Shown piece after piece: positions 59,184 to 64,000 of a DNA stretch of 64,000 bases. Within the stretch, counting starts at the first letter, position 1; the number at the start of each line of letters is the position of its first letter. Source of the stretch: an uncultured Elusimicrobia bacterium (GTDB taxonomy: Bacteria; Elusimicrobiota; Elusimicrobia; 2-01-FULL-59-12). The position numbers and the translations under genes were made by a program. The stretch lies in contig CAYTWA010000004.1 of NCBI GenBank assembly GCA_964441955.1, forward strand, positions 82,681 to 146,680. The letters are read 5' to 3'. The notes beneath the pieces were generated by a model, which saw only the letters and a program-made list of their open reading frames with translations, did no database searches and had not been told where the DNA came from.

Positions 59184-59547
59184 GCCGCCCATATTTGGGC
59201 GCCTGCGCCGGGTCCCAGCGGCCATAGCCTTCCCGCACGACTTCTTCCGATAAATTATGCCCGCCAATAAATTTAACCCAGGCCAGACGGCTTCCCGACC
59301 CATCGGGGCGAATCGGCCGGACATAAACCGCCCGCGCTTCGGTTAAGCGTTGTAGGTACTGGCGGGATGCCGCGGAGGCCTCCCCCGCAGGGCAGGCAAC
59401 ACCATATAGACGAATATGTTCCGGGCGGCCGTTATACATCACCTCTAAACGGTTTCCCGCATCCACTTTAACGACCCGACCAAGGAATTCTTCGGCATGC
59501 GAATAAAGCGGCCAAAGCGATAGCAATGTCACGATCCAAGCACGCAT
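59038..59547 (-). CDS. Secreted thermonuclease (SNase-like) family protein
   Basis: Signal peptide. SNase pattern GRVVKVDAGNRLEVMY...IRLYGVACPAGEA...GLW. The C-terminal ~40 aa overlap the convergent sensor ORF and may be spurious. Confidence 0.7.
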   Translation of the reverse strand: MRAWIVTLLSLWPLYSHAEEFLGRVVKVDAGNRLEVMYNGRPEHIRLYGVACPAGEASAASRQYLQRLTEARAVYVRPIRPDGSGSRLAWVKFIGGHNLSEEVVREGYGRWDPAQAPKYGRLKWLESQARRARRGLWVTKEAFQVPPRKETRRSLSSSSQTRRPLVQTH

Positions 59548-59594
59548 ACTAAAAACGTAGAGGGAGAGGGAGTGGGAGTCAAGGTTTTCCTTAA

Positions 59595-60140
59595 TTAGCG
59601 TTTGGCGATGCGTTTTAGGAAGCTTTCGTCTTCGGTGGGGTAAATAGATTCCGTGTTATAGGCGGTCACATCCGGTGTGCCGCGGCAGGAAAATTCGCAT
59701 ACGACCGTAATAGCGGGGCAGACCGCGCGGTAATTGCAAAGCGACCCTTCAAACATATTACTACCCACCTCCGGCTGCGCTTGCATGCAATAGGTTTCAT
59801 CCGTCGGTTCAACAAATCGCGGGTCTGCAAAGGCGATGTTGCCGCCCTTGGCATGGCAGGCGGCGGTGGCCTCGGAGAGTTTGCTGTACCAGGCCCGGTA
59901 CGCTTGAAGTCGCGTGACCTGGCCATCGGGACCGCAGACACTTTTTACGCGCTGGTCCTGCATGCAGGCCACTTTGACGCCTTCGTCGCTCATGTATCCG
60001 ATGTCGACGCCGCCGGAAGGGAAGCATTTCACTTCCGATTCGACCACCGTCTTCTGCTCTGGACCGCACAGGGCCCCCGCGCGAAGCGGAAGAGCGGCCC
60101 CCACCCACGCCAACCCACCCATCAAGATGGCCCATTTCAT
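59595..60140 (-). CDS. Secreted cysteine-rich hypothetical protein (14 Cys)
   Basis: Signal peptide MKWAILMGGLAWVGAALPLRAGA. Cys are spaced throughout. Confidence 0.5.
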   Translation of the reverse strand: MKWAILMGGLAWVGAALPLRAGALCGPEQKTVVESEVKCFPSGGVDIGYMSDEGVKVACMQDQRVKSVCGPDGQVTRLQAYRAWYSKLSEATAACHAKGGNIAFADPRFVEPTDETYCMQAQPEVGSNMFEGSLCNYRAVCPAITVVCEFSCRGTPDVTAYNTESIYPTEDESFLKRIAKR

Positions 60141-60220
60141 GCACCAGGTGTACCGCCGCAGCGGGCAGAGGGCAAGAGAAGACTTTTGACGTAAACGACT
60201 GTAAACGAGCGATTCGTATA

Positions 60221-60676
60221 ATGCTTAAAATGCATCGAAAAATAGAGCCTAAAAAAAGCTATAGCGCCGGCGGTGTGGTGGTCAATGCGCAAGGACAAGT
60301 CTTGGTCGTCAACCAGCGGGGAAACAGCTGGTCGCTGCCCAAGGGGCATTTGGACCCGGGGGAAAATGCCCGCCAAGCGGCAGAACGCGAAATCTACGAG
60401 GAATCGGGCGTGCGCGAGCTAACTTACGTCCGTGACTTGGGTTCCTATGAGCGACCGCGCATCGCCAAAGGGGGAAAAGGCGATGATGCTGTTGAGGTCA
60501 AGCACCTAACGTTTTTCCTATACAGGACGACCCAAACCACGCTAAAACCCATCGACCCGCACAACCCCGAAGCCCGCTGGGTCGCCCCAGCCGAAGTCGC
60601 TAGGCTCCTCACCCACCCGCTGGACAAAGCCTTTTTCTTAAGCGTTCTCTCCTCGTTCATCCACGAAGAAAAGTGA
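60221..60676 (+). CDS. NUDIX hydrolase
   Basis: Nudix box GHLDPGENARQAAEREIYEESGV. Confidence 0.85.
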   Translation: MLKMHRKIEPKKSYSAGGVVVNAQGQVLVVNQRGNSWSLPKGHLDPGENARQAAEREIYEESGVRELTYVRDLGSYERPRIAKGGKGDDAVEVKHLTFFLYRTTQTTLKPIDPHNPEARWVAPAEVARLLTHPLDKAFFLSVLSSFIHEEK

Positions 60677-60785
60677 GTCTGCCGCTTTTTTAAGAATTAG
60701 TGATTTTAGTGCCGGGACATAGCAGTAACCTTCATGGGGGTGATAGAATCCAACCCGTTAAAAGTTCTTCCTAGGAGGCCACACC

Positions 60786-61373
60786 ATGCCATATGCCCCA
60801 CAGAATTTCGACCGTTTGATCGGGACGCCCGGGTTTTCGGATACGCTGCTTAAGAATCATTTCACGCTTTATCAAGGGTACGTGACCAACACCAATAAGC
60901 TTTCCGATAAACTCTCCGCGCTTTCCAAAGAAGGTAAGGGCGCAGAGCCAGAGTTTGCCGAGATGCGCCGGCGCTTTGGATGGGAATACAACGGCATGAA
61001 GCTGCACGAGATCTATTTCAGCAACATGAGCAAAGCGCCGGCGGCTAAACCCACCGATACGCCGCTCGCCAAAAAGCTCGCGGAAGAATTCGGTTCGTTT
61101 GAAGCGTGGGAAAAAGATTTCAAAGCAACCGGCGCCATGCGCGGTATTGGTTGGGCGCTCCTTTATTACGACAAAGCGGCGGGGCGGATGTTTAACACCT
61201 GGGTCAACGAACACGATGCCGGGCACCTCGCCGGAAGCACCCCCCTCCTCATCATGGACGTCTTCGAACACGCCTTCATGATCGATTACGGCTTAAAGCG
61301 CGCGGACTATATTGAAGCGTTCTGGAAGTCGATTGATTGGGGCGTTTTGGCAGACCGGTTCAACTCGAAGTAA
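60786..61373 (+). CDS. Fe/Mn-family superoxide dismutase
   Basis: C-terminal DVFEHAFMIDYG (the DxWEH motif). Length 195 aa. Confidence 0.8.
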   Translation: MPYAPQNFDRLIGTPGFSDTLLKNHFTLYQGYVTNTNKLSDKLSALSKEGKGAEPEFAEMRRRFGWEYNGMKLHEIYFSNMSKAPAAKPTDTPLAKKLAEEFGSFEAWEKDFKATGAMRGIGWALLYYDKAAGRMFNTWVNEHDAGHLAGSTPLLIMDVFEHAFMIDYGLKRADYIEAFWKSIDWGVLADRFNSK

Positions 61374-61376
61374 GAC

Positions 61377-62861
61377 TTAAGGGGTCACACGAATGAGATT
61401 TCCGCCCGGAAGTTTGACCTCTTTGTCGCCCGAATAGACGTGAATTAAATAATCGCCGGCGGCCACGTGCGAAGCCGCATGAATATCGGCCGCCAGGCGA
61501 GTAGCATCCAACCACCGAAGCGGCGCTACGCGCAGGCCAGGCTCATCGACTTCTAAGCGCAGCGTCGCGGCGTAGGTGGATGAAAGGTCGCGACCGGTGA
61601 CGTTTACGCTCGAGGCGCCGCCGGGTTTAAGCGGCGAGGCCAACTTGGCTGATGAAAGCCAGTTCGGTGGAACCACGACAAAGGCCGTCTTTTTTTCAAA
61701 CAACAGTTTTCCGCTGGACTGAATGCGCATTCCGTAAATAGCGGGCACGGCGGAGGCAGGGATGTGGACCAGCGCATTCAAATGGCCCGGCGACACATAA
61801 GCCACGGTCGACTCGACGACTTGAAGCGTTGGGACGTCCAGTTGAAGGGTCGCCGCGTCGCGTGCGGTAAAGCCGCTGCCGCGAATGACCAAAGAAACGC
61901 GGTCGAGCGGCCGGACCGCGGGCGACACCGCCACGACATCTTCGATCGAACCTGTCTTCCCGAGGGTGGGTTTGACCACTTCCACCAGAGGGATCTTTTT
62001 AAAAATGTCGCGCGATCCCTGCATCACCGAGAGTCCGTAAGACCCCGCCGAAACCATCTCGCCGATTTGCACGGTCCCATCGACATAAAAAGGCAGCCGG
62101 GTTTTGATGTTGCCGACTTCGAGTTTGGGGGTCGAGGGGACAATTTTGAGCCGATTCCACCCTTCATAGCTGACGTTGGTGATCAAGCGAAATTGCCCAT
62201 GTTGGCCGGTTTCATCGATGGACGTCATCTGAATGTCCAGCACCTCGCCGCGACGCACGACACCGAAAGGCTCCGGGGCCTTAAAAACCGGTTGTCCCCG
62301 AATATAAATCAACGGTTTGACCCATGCGGTGAGGGCCGCCTCGCCCACGCTCATCTGCCCATGAATTTGATTCGCGGTGACAAGCTGAAGATTGGCGATC
62401 TGGATATCGATCGTATCCGCGTCGATGGAAATCATGCGATAAAAGGTGTCGTCAAACCCCGTTCCATGAACGTCAAAACCAAAGGTCGTCCCCGGCGCGA
62501 CCACGTCTTGCTGAAAACGCATCCCAACCACCGAAATCCCGCGCGGGATTAAATGCCGCGCCATCCCTTCCTGGCCATCGGGAACGGCGAAGGTGACTGT
62601 TGGCGGTGGGGCGAGGGGCGCAAGAGGGACAAGAGGAGGAGGGGAGGGAATGGGCAGGGGTGCTGGGCGTGGTGTTTTCTTCATGATGTCATTCTTCGTT
62701 GTTGCCGGAGGGGAATCCACAGTCTTCTTTCCGGGGATAAGACCGGGCGCGCGCCATTTTGAGTGAGACATAGAAAGCCTCGATCGATTCCAAAACCACC
62801 CGGTCATGGAGATGAGAAAGTACAGGAGAAGAAGTAGACCTAAATACGCCTTATTTTTCAC
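61377..62861 (-). CDS. Membrane-anchored or secreted Pro-rich hypothetical protein with beta-rich repeats
   Basis: N-terminal TM. PAPLPIPSPPPLVPLAPLAPPP linker. Start uncertain. Confidence 0.45.
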   Translation of the reverse strand: MKNKAYLGLLLLLYFLISMTGWFWNRSRLSMSHSKWRAPGLIPGKKTVDSPPATTKNDIMKKTPRPAPLPIPSPPPLVPLAPLAPPPTVTFAVPDGQEGMARHLIPRGISVVGMRFQQDVVAPGTTFGFDVHGTGFDDTFYRMISIDADTIDIQIANLQLVTANQIHGQMSVGEAALTAWVKPLIYIRGQPVFKAPEPFGVVRRGEVLDIQMTSIDETGQHGQFRLITNVSYEGWNRLKIVPSTPKLEVGNIKTRLPFYVDGTVQIGEMVSAGSYGLSVMQGSRDIFKKIPLVEVVKPTLGKTGSIEDVVAVSPAVRPLDRVSLVIRGSGFTARDAATLQLDVPTLQVVESTVAYVSPGHLNALVHIPASAVPAIYGMRIQSSGKLLFEKKTAFVVVPPNWLSSAKLASPLKPGGASSVNVTGRDLSSTYAATLRLEVDEPGLRVAPLRWLDATRLAADIHAASHVAAGDYLIHVYSGDKEVKLPGGNLIRVTP

Positions 62862-63255
62862 GGAGTGTTTTTAGGAAATCAGACGGGCTTAAGACAACGG
62901 CACCTTGCCGCATGGTGGGGGGGTAGTCGCGAGTATTTCCGGTGATCAGTGGGACACCGGCCGCTAACGCCACCCCTAAAAAAACTTCATCATCCGGGTC
63001 TGGTAATGAATTTCTGAGCGTGATCGCCGGAATAATAATGCCACGTTCTTGGACGAAAAGAAGAAATGTCTCCGCATCCTCATCTTTAAGTTTTAATTCG
63101 GGCCGATGCAGCACTTCTGTGTATTCCTGAAGGATTCTGGGTTCAAAGATCAATTGAATCTCGTTGTGAAGAAACCGATAAATAATTTGTCCCGGTGTTC
63201 CCGCAGGATTTATGAGGGCAGACACCGCGACGTTGGTGTCTAGGACAATTTTCAC
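62851..63255 (-). CDS. PIN-domain toxin (TIGR00305/VapC-like)
   Basis: N-terminal KIVLDTNV. DPDDE. ITGNTRD. 4-nt overlap with the upstream antitoxin. Confidence 0.8.
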   Translation of the reverse strand: MKIVLDTNVAVSALINPAGTPGQIIYRFLHNEIQLIFEPRILQEYTEVLHRPELKLKDEDAETFLLFVQERGIIIPAITLRNSLPDPDDEVFLGVALAAGVPLITGNTRDYPPTMRQGAVVLSPSDFLKTLREK

Positions 63256-63548
63256 GGATTGCGTTTACGTCGTTCTTTGCGTACGGTATTGATTACACGG
63301 TCGATTTCTTCCATCGTCATCTTATCCGTGCCTTTTCGGACGGAGTCCATCTGCAATCGCATCACCGCCATCATGGCCCGAGCCTGGCGCACGGTGGCCA
63401 ATGACTGCTCCAGCGTATCTTCGGTCGCGGCCGACAAGATGCCCACCGGTTTGCCGTTCGACGTGACCACGAAATCTTGTTCTTTTTTCAGATCCTCCCA
63501 GATTTGAGCCGACTTAGACCGCAAATCGCGTACGCTAATCATTTTCAT
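63252..63548 (-). CDS. Phd/YefM-family antitoxin
   Basis: 98 aa. N-terminal MKMISVRDLRSKSAQIWEDL...FVVTSNGKPVGIL is typical of Phd/YefM. Confidence 0.75.
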   Translation of the reverse strand: MKMISVRDLRSKSAQIWEDLKKEQDFVVTSNGKPVGILSAATEDTLEQSLATVRQARAMMAVMRLQMDSVRKGTDKMTMEEIDRVINTVRKERRKRNP

Positions 63549-63644
63549 AAAAAGACTCCCTTGGCATCCATTTGTGTCTTATTCGTGTGACAAAAGTGTA
63601 CACGAAGATGTGACATCAGGCAAGGGACTAAATGACCTTGCGCG

Positions 63645-64000
63645 TCATCGCCCGAACACAAACCCTTTCTTGGCGGCCTGGTCGCGGACGGTTTTTTGAA
63701 CGGCCGCATCCAAGCTTTCGGTTTTGGAATCTTTTTGCTGCTTGGAGAGAAAGCCGGCGCGTTGGCTTTGAAGTTTGGTTAAGCGCGTTTGCAATCCTTG
63801 CCGTTTCTTAGTCTGCTCGTCCAAATAACTTTTTAGCTCCTCCTTGGACTTGTTCTGAAGTTCAACCGGCAAGTCTTGCGGGGCCACGGTGTCCAACGCT
63901 TCCGGACTGGCGGCGACCACGGACGCCAAATCGCTGGGGGCCGCACTCCATTCATACTGCTTGCTGGCTTTATAGAGGCTGCGTTCCGCTAACGCGCCTG
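63645..64000 (-). CDS. Hypothetical coiled-coil protein, 5' end beyond window
   Basis: The minus-strand frame stays open through position 64000. K/Q-rich helical sequence. Confidence 0.35.
   Translation of the reverse strand, partial: GALAERSLYKASKQYEWSAAPSDLASVVAASPEALDTVAPQDLPVELQNKSKEELKSYLDEQTKKRQGLQTRLTKLQSQRAGFLSKQQKDSKTESLDAAVQKTVRDQAAKKGFVFGR

Overview
High-GC bacterial chromosome segment that includes the replication-origin neighbourhood. Housekeeping genes are called with confidence: dnaA - (DnaA-box/AT-rich oriC-like spacer) - dnaN - DUF721/DciA-like small gene (no recF) - gyrB - gyrA. The surA-like PPIases - pdxA - rsmA(ksgA) block, mfd, a partial tonB plus exbD, an APC permease, Fe/Mn SOD, a NUDIX hydrolase, a thermonuclease and several two-component genes are also well supported. 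Accessory content stands out in four places. (1) A 13.8-kb single ORF (4593 aa) carries an N-terminal signal peptide, seven tandem ~410-510-aa modules with recurring motifs and a C-terminal glycine-zipper hydrophobic tail. No known domain is recognisable. It sits in a ~21-kb co-directional cluster of secreted, TPR and HEAT proteins, divergent from a membrane-tethered winged-helix regulator. (2) A ~2.9-kb segmental duplication encodes two ~870-aa paralogous proteins that flank a DUF4143 AAA ATPase. Copy 1 has an in-frame TGA inside its signal-peptide codons. Both copies end in tandem RHH-like motifs and are followed by an identical 32-bp palindromic element. (3) A three-gene hipB-hipS-hipT (split HipA) toxin-antitoxin module has two perfect 18-bp palindromic operators upstream, and its kinase gene overlaps the mfd start. 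(4) Smaller items include an Rnl2-family RNA ligase, a Phd/PIN TA pair, a degenerate catalytically dead PIN paralog, a decayed second copy of the AAA ATPase, a candidate sigma-54 promoter and a tiny Cys/Lys-rich ORF with a perfect SD. No rRNA, tRNA, CRISPR array or transposase was detected. Domain calls rest on motifs read directly from the translations, not on database searches.
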